From: Hemiscyllium ocellatum
Taxonomy: Eukaryota
DNA length: 64,000 bases
Reading direction: 5' to 3'
Assembly (NCBI RefSeq): GCF_020745735.1
Contig: NW_026867451.1
Location: forward strand, 248,001 to 312,000
Shown here: positions 12,379 through 26,500 of the stretch, piece by piece
Position numbering within the stretch: position 1 is the stretch's first letter
How the letters are laid out: every line of letters starts with the position of its first letter
The notes under the pieces: generated by a model
What the model was told of the DNA's origin: nothing
The model's database searches: none
What the model saw: the letters and a program-made list of their open reading frames with translations, nothing else
Translations under genes and position numbers: made by a program

Positions 12379-12645
12379 CATGATTTGGAGATGCTGGTGT
12401 TGGACTGGGGTGTACAAACTTAAAAAATCACACAACACCAGGTTGGACTGGGATGTACAAATTTAAAAATCACACAACACCTAGCACACTAGGTTTCGGA
12501 GCGACGCTTCTGGCAAACGGACTGGGAGAGAAACTACTTGCAGTTGAGTCTATATTCATCTGATGAAGGAGCATCACTCCGAAAGCTAGTGTGCTTCCAA
12601 TTAAACCTGTTGGACTATAACCTGGTGTTGTGCGATTTTTAACTT
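12379..12645. mobile_element. Inverted Penelope-terminus insertion with 12-bp TSD and an intact minimal hammerhead core
   Basis: TAGGCAATGAGT at 12367-12378 and 12646-12657; CTGATGA A GGAG CATCA CTCC GAAA GCTA at 12560-12588; inverted partial arm at 12379-12508. Confidence 0.85.
12557..12591 (+). ncRNA. Minimal type-I hammerhead-ribozyme-like motif
   Basis: Catalytic-core consensus CUGAUGA...GAAA...UH, 4-bp stem II GGAG/CTCC, palindromic AGCT in place of stem III, and stem I CAT/GTG with one G-U pair. Activity untested. Confidence 0.65.
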
Positions 12646-12661
12646 TAGGCAATGAGTGTTT

Positions 12662-12986
12662 TCATAGAATCCCTACAGTGTAGAAACAGGCCATTTGGCC
12701 CAACAAATCTGCACCAACTCTCCACAGAGTAACCCTCTTAGACCCATTCCCCTATCCTATCACTCTACATTTGCCCATGACTACTGCACCTAACCTACAC
12801 ACCCCTGAACACTCCAGGCAAATTAACACAGCCAATCCACTTAACCTGAACATCTTTGGAATGTGGGAGGAACCCGCACAGACATGGGGAGAATGTGGAA
12901 ACCCCACACAGACAATTGTCCAAGGGTGGAATTGAACCCAGGTCTCTTACACTGTGAAGTAGCAGTGCTAGCCACTGAGCCACCAT
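12662..12986 (-). mobile_element. HE1-type SINE (older copy)
   Basis: Same head and tail as the other HE1 copies, more diverged. Confidence 0.85.
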
Positions 12987-12989
12987 AGG

Positions 12990-13790
12990 TTTAGCAGCTA
13001 TAGGAGTTTACAGAGAAAAGGAAAGTTGAGGGGACTAGGTAATGTTCAAGAGACAGGGATGGTTGACGGGACTGTCAGAAGACCTGATTATACAGAACAT
13101 TGCTGAGATTGAATGAGGTCACAATGTTCAACAGGGATTAGAGGAACAGGAGGAAAGTACAGTCAGGGTGTGGAAAAGGAACAGGAGAAGGTCACATAAA
13201 TAGTGTACTTTAGGGGGATTGGAGAAGATTACAGCAAATCAGAGGGCTGTGGAGGTTTGGGATGATTACAGAGGTAGGGACAGTTATTGAGAATGGATGA
13301 AGTTCATAATACTGAGAGTTGCAGGTACTGGATGAGGTTATTAGAATTACCAAGGATTATTCAGACTGGCATATATTACAGTTGTAAGGACTGCAAGTGG
13401 TTACAGCAATCAAGATAATGTCACAGACACATGGATGGTTTTAACATGGATGGCTACAGCAGGTTACAGAGTTACAAAGACTAGTAGTGACTGGAGGAGG
13501 CTCGAGATAGCGAGTGTTGTCATGATGGCGTAAGTCACAGAGATAGAGAAGATCACAGAAAGTGGATGAGGTTACAGACAGAGGGGGATCAAGTCGCTTC
13601 AGAATGTCACACACATGGATGGAGAGGTGTGTAGGGATGGTAGAAGGTTAGAAGGAGTGAGGTGCTGTCGGGATGTGAGAAGGTTACAGTGATATCACTT
13701 GCTGTAGAGGTTGGAGGAAGGTGCACAGTTGGGGAAGATGGTCAGGGCTGGAGGATGTGACAAACAGGGTGGGCTGTAGCTGCTAGACAA
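12990..13790 (+). repeat. Decayed purine-rich tandem repeat, ~35-37 bp period
   Basis: Recurring G(A/T)CTGGA(G/T)GAGGTTACAG-like motif at ~13217, ~13256, ~13291, ~13326 and ~13364; similar tract at 11400-11570. Confidence 0.55.
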
Positions 13791-14016
13791 TATGACAGAT
13801 ATCAGGATTTCTGCAGTTTTTTTAGGGATAGTGATTATAACTCAAAGTTTCAAAGGCATTATGGAAAGGAATATAGATATTGCAGAAGTTAAGTGTCTAA
13901 ATTTGGCAAAAAACCACTTATTATTAGATTGCCTCTATCACTAGACATTATCACTATCATTAGACAGGATCTGGCAAACAGACTGGGAGAGAAATTACTT
14001 GCAGTTGAGTCTATAT

Positions 14017-14516
14017 NNNNNNNNNNNNNNNNNNNNNNNNNNNNNNNNNNNNNNNNNNNNNNNNNNNNNNNNNNNNNNNNNNNNNNNNNNNNNNNNNNNN
14101 NNNNNNNNNNNNNNNNNNNNNNNNNNNNNNNNNNNNNNNNNNNNNNNNNNNNNNNNNNNNNNNNNNNNNNNNNNNNNNNNNNNNNNNNNNNNNNNNNNNN
14201 NNNNNNNNNNNNNNNNNNNNNNNNNNNNNNNNNNNNNNNNNNNNNNNNNNNNNNNNNNNNNNNNNNNNNNNNNNNNNNNNNNNNNNNNNNNNNNNNNNNN
14301 NNNNNNNNNNNNNNNNNNNNNNNNNNNNNNNNNNNNNNNNNNNNNNNNNNNNNNNNNNNNNNNNNNNNNNNNNNNNNNNNNNNNNNNNNNNNNNNNNNNN
14401 NNNNNNNNNNNNNNNNNNNNNNNNNNNNNNNNNNNNNNNNNNNNNNNNNNNNNNNNNNNNNNNNNNNNNNNNNNNNNNNNNNNNNNNNNNNNNNNNNNNN
14501 NNNNNNNNNNNNNNNN
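14017..14516. other. Assembly gap (500 N)
   Basis: Run of exactly 500 n; the true length is unknown. Confidence 1.
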
Positions 14517-17500
14517 AAACTGCAGTTCTCTATAATACACACAGGGAATGCTATTTCCTACATGAGACACAGAGACTGCTGTTCTCTATATTACACACAG
14601 GGAATGCTGTTCTCCATATTCTACAATGGGACTACTATTCTCTTTATTATGCACAGGCACTGCAGTTCTTTAAAATGGGCACAGTGACTGCTGTTATCTA
14701 TATTAAATACAGGGGGTACTGTTCTCCAAAATAGGCACAGAGAATGCTGATCTCTACATTTTACACTGGGATAACTGTTCACTTTATTACATACTGGAAC
14801 TGCTGTTCTCTGTATAGTACACAGGGACTGCTGTTCTCTCTTAAACAGGGCACTGTTGTTTTGTAAAATTGACACAAGGACTGCTGTTCTCTATATTATA
14901 CACAGGGATGGCTGTTCTCTGTATGAAACACAGGGATTGATGTTCTCTATGTTATACACAGGTTGTGCTATTCTCTTTATTAAACACAGAGACCGCTGTT
15001 CTCCATATTATATGTAGAGACTGCTGTTCTCTTCACTGTACACAGGGACTGCTCTTCCCTACAATGTACACAGGACCACTGTTCTCTACATTTTACACAG
15101 GGACCACAGTTCTCTACCATACACTCAGGGACAGCTGTTCTCTACATTATATGCAGTGACTGCTGTGTTCTACATGAGACAAAGAATCTGCTATTCTCCA
15201 AAATATACACAGGGTCTACTGTTCTCCATATTATAAACAGGGACTGCTGTTTTCCACAGTATTCACAGTGTTTGCTGTTCTCTATATTATACAAAGGGAA
15301 TGTTGTTCAACATATTATGCACAGTGACTGCTGTTCTCCATATTAGACACAGGGACTGCTATTCCCTATATGTGACACATGGATTGCTGTTCTCTATATT
15401 GTACACAGGGCCTGCTGTTCTTTATATTATGCACAGGGACTGCTGTTCTCTATGTTATACACAGAGACTGCTGTTCTCATCATTAAACACAGGGACTGCA
15501 TTTCTCAACATTGTACGCAGAGACTGCTTTTTCCATATTATACACAGGGACTGCTATATAACGCACAGGCACTGCTGTTCTCTAAAATAGAAAGAGGAAC
15601 TGCTGTTCTCTATATTGTACACAGGGCCTCTATATTACGCACAGAGATAGCTGTTCTCTGTATTAAACACAATGACTCATGTTCTCTATGTTATACACAG
15701 AGACTGCTGTTCTCATTATTAAACACAGGGACTGCATTTCTCAACATTGTACACAGAGACTGCTTTTTCCATATTATACACAGGGACTGCTGTTCTCTGT
15801 ATTATACAGAGGGGCTGCTGTTCTCTATATTACAGACATGGATTACTGTTCTCACCCATGTACACAGAGAGTGTTTTTCTCTAGATTACACATATGGACT
15901 GCTGTCCTCTATATTAGACACAGGAGCTGCTGCTGTCTATATTATACACAGGGACTGATATGCTCTTTATTAAACACAGGGACTGCTGTTCTCGACATTG
16001 TACACAGAGAATGCTTTTCTCTTTCTTATACACAGTGACTGCTGTTCCCTATATTAGACACAGGGGTTGCTGTTCCCAATATGAGATACAGGGGTTGCTG
16101 TTCCCAATATGAGACACAGGGACTGCTGTTCCCTATATTAGACACAGGGACTGCTGTTCCCTATATTAGACACAGGGGTTGCTGTTCCCTATATGAGACA
16201 CAGGGACTGCTGTTCCCTATATTAGACACAGGGGTTGCTGTTCCCAATATGAGACACAGGGACTGCTGTTCCCTATATTAGACACAGGGGTTGCTGTTCC
16301 CTATATTAGACACAGGGGTTGCTGTTCCCAATATGAGACACAGGGACTGCTGTTCCCTATATTAGACACAGGGACTGCTGTTCCCTATATTAGACACAGG
16401 GGTTGCTGTTCCCAATATGAGACACAGGGACTGCTGTTCCCTATATTAGACACAGGGACTGCTGTTCCCTATATTAGACACAGGGGTTGCTGTTCCCAAT
16501 ATGAGACACAGGGACTGCTGTTCCCTAAATTAGACACAGGGGTTGCTGTTCCCAATATGAGACACAGGGACTGCTGTTCCCTATATTAGACACAGGGACT
16601 GCTGTTCCCTATATGAGACACAGGGACTGCTGCTCGATATGTTATAAACAGTGACAGCTGGTCTCTATTACACACAAGGACTCAGGTTCTCTTCATTACA
16701 CAAAGTGACTGCTGTTCTCTGTATTACACATAGAGACTACTGTTCTCTGTATTATACACAGGGACTGTTGTTCTCTAAATTGTACACAGGGGCAGCTTTT
16801 CTCTATTGTATTCACAGGAACTGCTGTTCTCTGTCATACATAGGGACAGCTGCTCTCTAGATTATGCACAGGAATTCATGTTCTCTATTTTAGTCACAGG
16901 GACTCCTGTTTTCATAATTAAATACAGAGACTGTTGTTCTCTTTATTAAACACGGACTGCTGTTCTCCATATTGTACACAGCGAATGCTTTTCTCTGTGT
17001 TGTACATTGATGCTGTTCTCCATATTGTACACAGGGACTGCTGTTCTCTCTTATACGTGAGCACTAGAACTACTGCTATATTGTACTCTGGGACTGCTGT
17101 TCTCTCTTATGCACTGTCACTGTTGTCCTCTACAATAGAAACATGAACTGCTGTTCTCCATATTATTCACAAGTAAGGCTGTTCACTGTATTACACACAG
17201 GGACTCCTGCTCTCTGTAATATACACAGGGACATATGTTCTATATATTACACAGGGTCTACTGTTCTCTACCAGACACTCACGGACAGCTGTACTCTATG
17301 TTATACACTGGGACTGCTGTACTCTTCATGAGTCACAGGATCCGCTGTTCTGTTTATAAAACACAGGGAATGCTGTTCTCTGTATTATGCACAGGCACTG
17401 GTGTTCACTAAAATAGACACAGGGACTGCTGTTCTCTAGATTGTACACATGGACTGATGTTCTCTATATAAGACATGGGGAATGCATTTCTCTATATTAT

Positions 17501-20500
17501 ACATATGCACTGCAGTTATCCATATTTTACACAGGACTGCTGTTCCTTATATTGTACATTTGGACTGCTTTTCTTTATATACGCAGACACTGGTGTTCCC
17601 TATATTATACACAGGAATGGCTGTTCTCTTCATTAAACGCAGGGTGTCATGTACTTTATATCAGACCCAGTGTCTGCTGTTCTCTATATTATACACAGGG
17701 CCTTCTATTCTCTAAAATAGACAGAGGGACTGTTGTTTCCTATATTATACACAGGGACTGCTGCTCTTTATATTATGCACATGGATAGCTGTTCTCGATA
17801 TTATACACAGGGACTGCTGTTTTCTATAATATACACAGGGATTGCTGTTCTCTGCATTGTACACAGAGACTGTTTTTCTCTATATTATACACAGGGACTC
17901 ATGTTCTCTATATTATACACAGGGACTCATGTTCTCTATATTATACACAGCATCTTCTATTCTCTATATTATATACAGGGACTTCTGTTCTCCATATTGT
18001 GCACAGGTGCTGCTGTTCTTTATATTATGCACAGGTACTGATGTTCTCTGAAATAGACATGAGGACTTTTGTTCTCGATATTATTAAACACAGGGACTAT
18101 CGTTTTCTATATTATACACAGGGACTGTGGTTCACTATATTACATGCAAGGATAGCTGTTCTCCATGTTATACACAGTAAATCATGTTCTCTATATTGAC
18201 ACAGGGACTGCTGTTCTCTATATTTCACACAGACACTGGTGTTCTTTATATTATACACAGGGACGGCTGTTCTCTTTATTAAACACAGGGATTCATGTTC
18301 TTTATATTGGACATAGCATCTTCTGTTCTCTTTATTATACACAGGGACTGCTGTTCTTTATATTATGCACATGCAGTGATGTTCTCTGAAATAAACACAG
18401 GGACTGCTGTTCTCTATATTATACACAGTGACTGCAGTTCTCTGAAATAAACACAGGGACTGTTGTTCATAGCATTGTACACAGACGCTGCTTTTCTCTA
18501 TATTATACACAGGGACTGCTGTTCTCTGTATTATATACAGTGACTGCTGTTCTCTATATTATACAGCGGGACTACTGTTTTCTTTATTATACAGAGGGAC
18601 TGCTGTTCTCTATATTGTACATATGAACTGCTGTTGTCTATATTGCACACAGGGACTGCTGTTCTCCATATAATGCACAAGCACTGCTGTTCTCTAAAAT
18701 GGACAGAGGGACTGCTGTTGTCTATATTATACAAAGGGACTGCTGTTCTCTCTATTGTACACAGGGACTGCTGTTCTCTAAAGTAGACACATGGACTATT
18801 GTTTTCTATAATACACACAGGGGCTGCTGCTCTCTATATTACACATAGGGATAGCTGTTCTCTATATTATACACAGTGATTCATGTTTTCTATATTGTGC
18901 ACAGGGACTGCTGTTTTCTATATTATACGCAGACACTGGTGTTCTCTATATTATACACTGGAACGGCTGTTCTCTTTATTAAACACAGGGATTCTTTTTT
19001 TTAATATTGGACACAGCATCTGGTGTTCTCTATATTATACACAGGGACTGATGTTTTTGACATTTTACACAGAGAGTGCTTTTCTCTATATTATACACAG
19101 AGAGTGCTTTTCTCTATATTATACACAGTGACTGCTGTTCTCTAGATTATACACATGGACTGCTGTTCTCTATATAAGACACAGGGAATGCATTTCTCTA
19201 TATTATACATATGCACTGCAGTTATCCATATTTTGCATAGGGACTGCTGTTCCTTATATTTTACACAGGGACTGCTGCTCTCTATATTATACACAGACAC
19301 TGGTGTTCTCCACATTATACACAGAAATGGCTGTTCACTTCATTAAACACAGGGTGTCATGTACTTTATATCAGACCTATCATCTGCTGTTCTCTATATT
19401 ATGCACATTGCCTACTGTTCTCTAAAATAGACAGAGGGACTGTTGTTTTCTATATTATACACAGGGACTGCTGCTCTCTATATTACACACAGGGACTCAC
19501 GTTCTCTACATTATACACAGTGACTCATGTTCCCTATATTGTACACAGGGACTACTGTTTTCTATATTATACACAGACAATGGTATTCTCTCTGTTATAA
19601 AAGGGACTGCCGTTCTTTGTTAAACACAAGGATTGCTGTTTTCTGCATTGTATACATAGACTGCTTTCCACTATCTTATACACAGGGACTGCTGCTCTCT
19701 ATTTTATGCGCAGGGATAGTTGTTCTCTATATTATACACAGTGAATCATGTTCTCTATATTGTACACAGGGCCTGCCGTTCTCTCAGACAGACACAGGGA
19801 TTGGTGTTCTCTACATGAGACACAGGATCTGCTATTCTCTACAATATACACAGGGACAACTGTTCTCCACATGAGAAACAGGAACTGCTGTTTTCTACAT
19901 TATTCTCAGGGTTTGTTGTTCTCTTTATGGTACATAGTGACTCCTGTTCTCTATATTGTGCACACGGTCTACTGCTCTCTAAACTGGACACAGTGACTTT
20001 TGTTCTCTGTATTATACACAGGGACTGCTGTTCTCCATATTGTACAAAGGCTCTGTTGTTCTCTATATTATACACAGAGAGTGCTCTTCATTTTTTAATG
20101 CACCGGGACTGCTGTTCTCTGTATTTTGCACAGGAACTGCTGTTTTCTGTATTGTCCAGAGGGACTGCTGTTCTTTATATGATGCACAGGCACTGATGTT
20201 CTCTGTATTATGCACAGGGATTGCTGTCCTCTATATTGTAGACAGGGTCTGCTGTTCTCTAAAATAGACACATGGACTGTTGTTCTCTATATTATACACA
20301 GGGACTGCTGCTCTCTACATCACACAAGGGTATAGCTGTTCTCTATATTATACACAGTGAATCATGTTCTCTACATTAAACACAGGGGCTGCTGTTCTCT
20401 ATATTATACACAGACACTGGTGTTCTCTATATGATACACAGGGACGCCTGTTCTCTTTATTAAACACAGGGATTCGTGTTCTTTACATTAGACACAGCAG

Positions 20501-23500
20501 CTGCTGTTCTCTATATTGTACACAGAGACTGATGTTTTCAACATTGTACACAGGGAGTGCTTTTCTCTATATTATACACAGTGATTGCTGTTCTCTAGAT
20601 TATACATGTGGATTGCTGTTCTCAATATTTTACACATGGACTGCTGTTCTTTGTATTGTGCATTGGCACTGCAGTTTTCCATATTTTACACGGGGACTGC
20701 TGTCCCTTATATTGTATAGAGGGACTGCTGTTCTCTATATTGTACATAAGGATGGCTGTTCTCTTTATTATACACAGGGTGTCACGTACTTTATATCAGA
20801 TCCAGTGTCTGCTGTTCTGTATATTATACACAGGGCTGACTGTTCTCTAAAATAAACAGAGAGACTGCTGTTCTCTGTATTATACACAGGGATAGCTATT
20901 CTCGATATTATCCACAGTGACTCATGTTCTCTATGTTGCACACAGGCACTGCTGTTTTCTATATTATACACAGACTCTGGTGCTCTCTATATTATACAAA
21001 GGGACTGCTGTTCTCTTTATTAAGCACAGGGATTCTTGTTCTGTATATTAGACACAGCATCTTCTGTTCTCTATATTATACATCAGGACGGCTGTTCTTT
21101 TCAATAAACACAGGGAGTCATGTTCTTTATATTATACACAGGGACTGCTGCTCTCTACGTTTCACACAGGGACAGCTGTTCTCTCTGATACACAGTAAAC
21201 ACAGGCACTGCTGTTCTCTATATTATACACAGGGACTGCTGCTCTCTATGTTTCACACAGAGACAGCTGTTCTCTCTGATACACAGTGAACACAGGCACT
21301 GCTGTTCTCTATATTATACACAGGGACTGCTGCTCTCTACGTTTCACACAGAGATGGCTGTTCCCTCTGATACACAGTGAACATAGGGTCTGCTGTTCTC
21401 TATATTATACACAGACATTGGTGTTCTCTACATTATACACAGGGATATCTGTTCTCTTCATTAAACAAAGGGTGTGCACAGTCACTTCCGTTCTCTATAT
21501 TATACACATGGACTACTGCTCTCTATTTGCGCACAGAGATTGCTGTTCTCTGTATAATACACAGCGACTCATATTCTCAATATGTACACAGGGACAGCTG
21601 TTCTCTATACTATACACAGACACAGTTCTCTATACTATACACAGACACAGACAACATGCTGTTGTCTTCATGAAACACAAGGTGTCATGTACTGTTTATT
21701 AGACACAGCTTCTGCTGTTCTCTATATTAGAATGAGGGCCTGCTGTTCTCTAAACTAGACAGAGGGACTCTTGTTCCCTATATTAGACACAGGGACTGTT
21801 GCTCTCTAAATTAGACACAGCTTGTGCTGTTCTCTATATTATGCACAGGGATAGCTGTTCTCTGTATATGCAGTGAATCATGTTCTCTCTATTGTACACA
21901 GGGACTGCTGTTCTCTATATTATTCACAGGGCTTGCTGTTCCCTAAACTAGACACAGGGACTCTTGTTCCCTATATTAGACACAGGGACTGTTGCTCTCT
22001 AAATTAGACACAGCTTGTGCTGTTCTCTATATTATGCACAGGGATAGCTGTTCTCTGTATATGCAGTGAATCATGTTCTCTCTATTGTACACAGGGACTG
22101 CTGTTCTCTATATTATTCACAGGGCTTGCTGTTCCCTAAACTAGACACAGGGACTGTAGTACTCTATATTATACACGTAGACTGCTGCTCTCTATATTAC
22201 TCACAGGGATAGCTGTTCTCGATATTATACACAATGACTCATGTTCTCTGTAGTGTACACAGGGACTTCTGTTCTCTATATTATTCACAGAGCCTGCTGT
22301 TCTCTAAACTTGACAGAGGAGCTCTTGTTTTCTATATTATACACAGGGACTGCTGTTCTCTATATTATACACAGGGATAGCTGTTTTCTATATTATACAC
22401 AGGGATAGCTGTTCTCTATATTATACACAGTGATTCTGGTTCTCTATATTGTACACAGGGATAGCTGTTCTCTATATTATACACAGTGATTCTGGTTCTC
22501 TATATTGTACACAGGGATAGTTGTTCTCTATATTATACACAGGGATAGTTGTTCTCTATATTGTACACAGTGACTCTGGTTCTCTATATTTTACACAGAG
22601 ACTGCTGATTTCTATATTATACAAAGACACTGGTTTTCCCTCCATTATACACAGGGACAGATGGTCTCTGTATTAAACACAGGGATTGATGTTCTTTATA
22701 TTAGACACAGCATCTTCTGATCTCTGTATTATACACAGGGACTGCTGTTCTCCATATTGTGCACAGGCACTGATGTTCTCTAAAGTACACACAGGGACTG
22801 GTGTTCTCCATATTGTACACAGGGAATGCTGTTCTCTATATTGTACACAGGGACTGATGTTCTCTAAAATGGACACGGGGACTGCTGTTCTCTATATTAT
22901 ACACAGAGACTGCTCTTCTCATTATTAAACACGGGGACTGCTGTTCTTGGCACTGTACACAGGGACTGCTGTTCTCTATATTATACACAGGGGTATCTGT
23001 TCTCCATATTGTACACAGCATCTGCAGATCTCTATATTATGCACAGGCACTGATGTTCTCTAAAATAGACACAGGGACTGTTGTTCTCTACATTGTACAC
23101 AGTGACTCATGTTCTCTATATTATACACAGGGACTGCTGTTCTCTGTATTGAATACAGGGATAGCAGTTCTCTATATTGTACTTAGGGATAGCTGTCCTC
23201 TATACTATATACAATGACTGCTGTTCTTTATATTATACACAGGGATAGCTGATCTCCATATTGTACTAAGGCTCTGCTGCTCTCTATATTATACACAAAG
23301 AGTGCTGTTCACTTTCTTTATACTCAGGGACTGCTGTTTTCAATATTGTACAGAGGAACTACTGTTCCCTATATTGTACACAGGGGCTGCTGTTCTCTCT
23401 TATACACGGCACTATTGTTCTGTATAAATGACACAAGGACTGCTGTTTTCCGTATTATACGCAGGTAAAGCTGTTCTCTATATTACACAGACGGACTCCT

Positions 23501-26500
23501 GCTCTGTATACTATACACTGGGACAAGTTTTCTCTATATTATGCACATGACTTCTGTTCTCTATATTATGCACAGGGACTGCTGTTCTCTTTATTAAACA
23601 CTGGGACTGCTTTTCTCTATATTATAGGTAGGGATGGCTGTTCTCTACACTCTACTCATGGACTGATCTTCGCTACAATGTTCTCAGTACTGCTGGTCTC
23701 TACACTTTACACATGGACTAGTGTTCTCTACCATATACTCAGGGACAACTGTTCCCTACATTATACATCGACTTGTGTTCTCTGAAATAGACACAGGATC
23801 TGCTGTTCTCCACAATATACACAGGGACTATTGTTCTCCACATTATAAACAGGGTCTGCTGTTTTCTACATTATTCACAGGGTTCACTGTTTTCTATATT
23901 ATGCACAGTGAATGCTGTTCTTTATATTATTTACAGGCACTGCTGTTCTCTGTATTATACGCAGGGACTGACTCATGTTCTCCATATTATACACACGGCC
24001 AGCTGCTCTCTATAACATACACAAGTACAAGTGTTCTCTGTATTATACACAGCGACTGCTGTTCTCTATATTATACACAGGGATTGCTGTTCTCTTTATT
24101 AAACACAGGGACTGCTGTTCTCTATATTATATGTCGGGATGGCTGTTCTCAACACTGTACACAGGGACTGCTCTTCCCTATGATATATGCAGGGCTGCTG
24201 TTCTCAACATTTTTCACAGGGACTAATGTTCTCTACCATAACATCAGGGACAGCTGTTCTCTACATTATACGCATCAACTTGTGTTCTCTACATGAGACA
24301 CAGGATCTGCTGTTCTCCACAATATACACATGGACGTCTGTTCTCAACATTATAAACAGGGCCTGCTATTTTCCACATTATTCACAGGGTTTGCTGTTCC
24401 CTCTATTATGCACAGGGACAGCTATTCTACATATTATTCCCATTGACTGCTGTTCTTTATATTATTCACAAGCACTGCTGTTCTCTTTATTAAACGCAGG
24501 GATTCATGTTCTCTATATTATGCAGAGGGACTGCTTTCCTCTCTATTATACAATGGGACTGTTGTTCTCTGTATTAGACACAGGGACTGCTATACTCTAT
24601 ATTATACACAAGCACTGCTGTCCTTTCCATTGCATGCAGGGATTGCTGTTCTCGACATTGCACACAGGAACTGCTGTTCTCTCCATTATACACAGGGACT
24701 AATGTTCTCCATATTGTACATATGGACTGATGTGCGCTATAACATCACAGCGACTGCTGTCCTCTCCATTCTACACAGGACTGCTCCTCTGGAAAATAAA
24801 CACAGAGACTGCCATTCTCTCTATCACACACAGGGACTACTCTTCTCTATATTAAACACAGTGACTGCTGTTCTCTATATCATACACAGCCACTGGTATT
24901 CTCTAAAATAGGCATAGGGACTGCTGTGTATGTCATACACAGGGACTGCTGATTTCTGTATTTACTGCTATTCTCTACATTATACATTGGGACGGCTATT
25001 CTGTGGAATAGACATTGGTACAGCTGTTCTCTATTCTGTACACAGGGACTGCTGTTCTCTTTCATGAACTCAGGGGCTGCTGTACTCTATATTACACACA
25101 GTTTCTGGTGTTGTCTATAGTAAACAGAAGGACTGCTGTTCTCTATGTTATTCACAGGGACTGCTGTTCTCAACAATATACACAAGGACTACTGTTCTCC
25201 GCATTGTATACAGGAACTGATATTTTATACATTACAAACAGGGATTGCTGTTCCCTATATTAGACACAGCGACTGCTGTTATTATTATGCACAGGTACAT
25301 CTATTCTCTATATTATACACAGTGACTGTTGTTCCCTATATTCAACACAGAGCCTGCTGTTCTAAATATGAGACACAGAGACGGTTGTTCTCTACATTAC
25401 ACACATGCAGTGCTGTTCTTGAAAATAATCACAAAAATGCTGTTCTCTATATTTTACAGAGGACTGTTGTTCACTTTATTAAACACAGAGACTGCTGTTC
25501 TCTGTAATATACTGAGGGACTGCTGTTCTTTATATTATTCAAAGGGACTGCTGTTTTCCGTATTATACAGAGGGACTGCTGTTTTCTATATTATACATAT
25601 GACCTGCTGTTGTCAATATTGCACACAGGCACTAATGTTCTTTATAAAATTCACAGGCACTGCTGTTCTCTAAAATAGACAGAGGGAATGCTGTTCTTTA
25701 TATTATATACAGGGCCTGCTTTTCTCTAAAATAGACACATGGACTGTTGTTGTCTATATTATACACAGGGACTGCTGCTCTCTATATTACATACAGGGAT
25801 AGCCGTTCTCTTTATTATACACAGTGACTGCTGTTCCCTATATTCTACACAGGGACTGCTTTTCTCTATATTATACACAGGGACCGCTGTTTTCTGTATT
25901 ATACTCAGGGACTGCTGTTCTCTACATTATATATTGAACTGCTGTTGTCGATATTGCACACAGGGACTGCTGTTCTTTATATAAGACACAGGTATTGCTG
26001 TTCTCTAAAATAGACAGAGGGACTGCTGTTCTCTATATTGTACACAGGGCCTGCTGTTCTCTAAAATAGTCACAGGGATAGCTGTTTTCTATATTATACA
26101 CAGTGACTCATGTTCTCTATATTGTACACAGGGGCTGCTGTTTTCTATATTATACACAGGGACAGCTGTTCTCTTTATTAAACACAGGGATTCATATACT
26201 TTATATTAGACACAGCATCTGCTGTTCTCTATATTATACACAGGGAATGCTGTTCTTGACATTATACGGACAGAATGCTTTTCTCTATATTATACACAGT
26301 GACTTCTGTTCTCCGTAATTTACACAGGGACCACTGTTCTTTATATTTTGCACAGGTACTGCAGTTCTCTATATTTTACACAGGGACTGCTGTTCTTTAT
26401 ATTGTGCACAGGTACTGCAGTTCTCTATTTTACACAGGGAATGCTGATCTCTATACTATACACAGTCACTGCTGTTCTCTAAAATAGACAGAGGGACTGC

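Noticed and set aside
13889-14687. Four long ORFs (178-264 aa) in the ORF track
   Set aside because: They stay open only because they cross the 500-N gap.
16037-16624. CRISPR-like regular 28-bp repeats
   Set aside because: The units are contiguous with no unique spacers, there are no cas genes, and the context is vertebrate.
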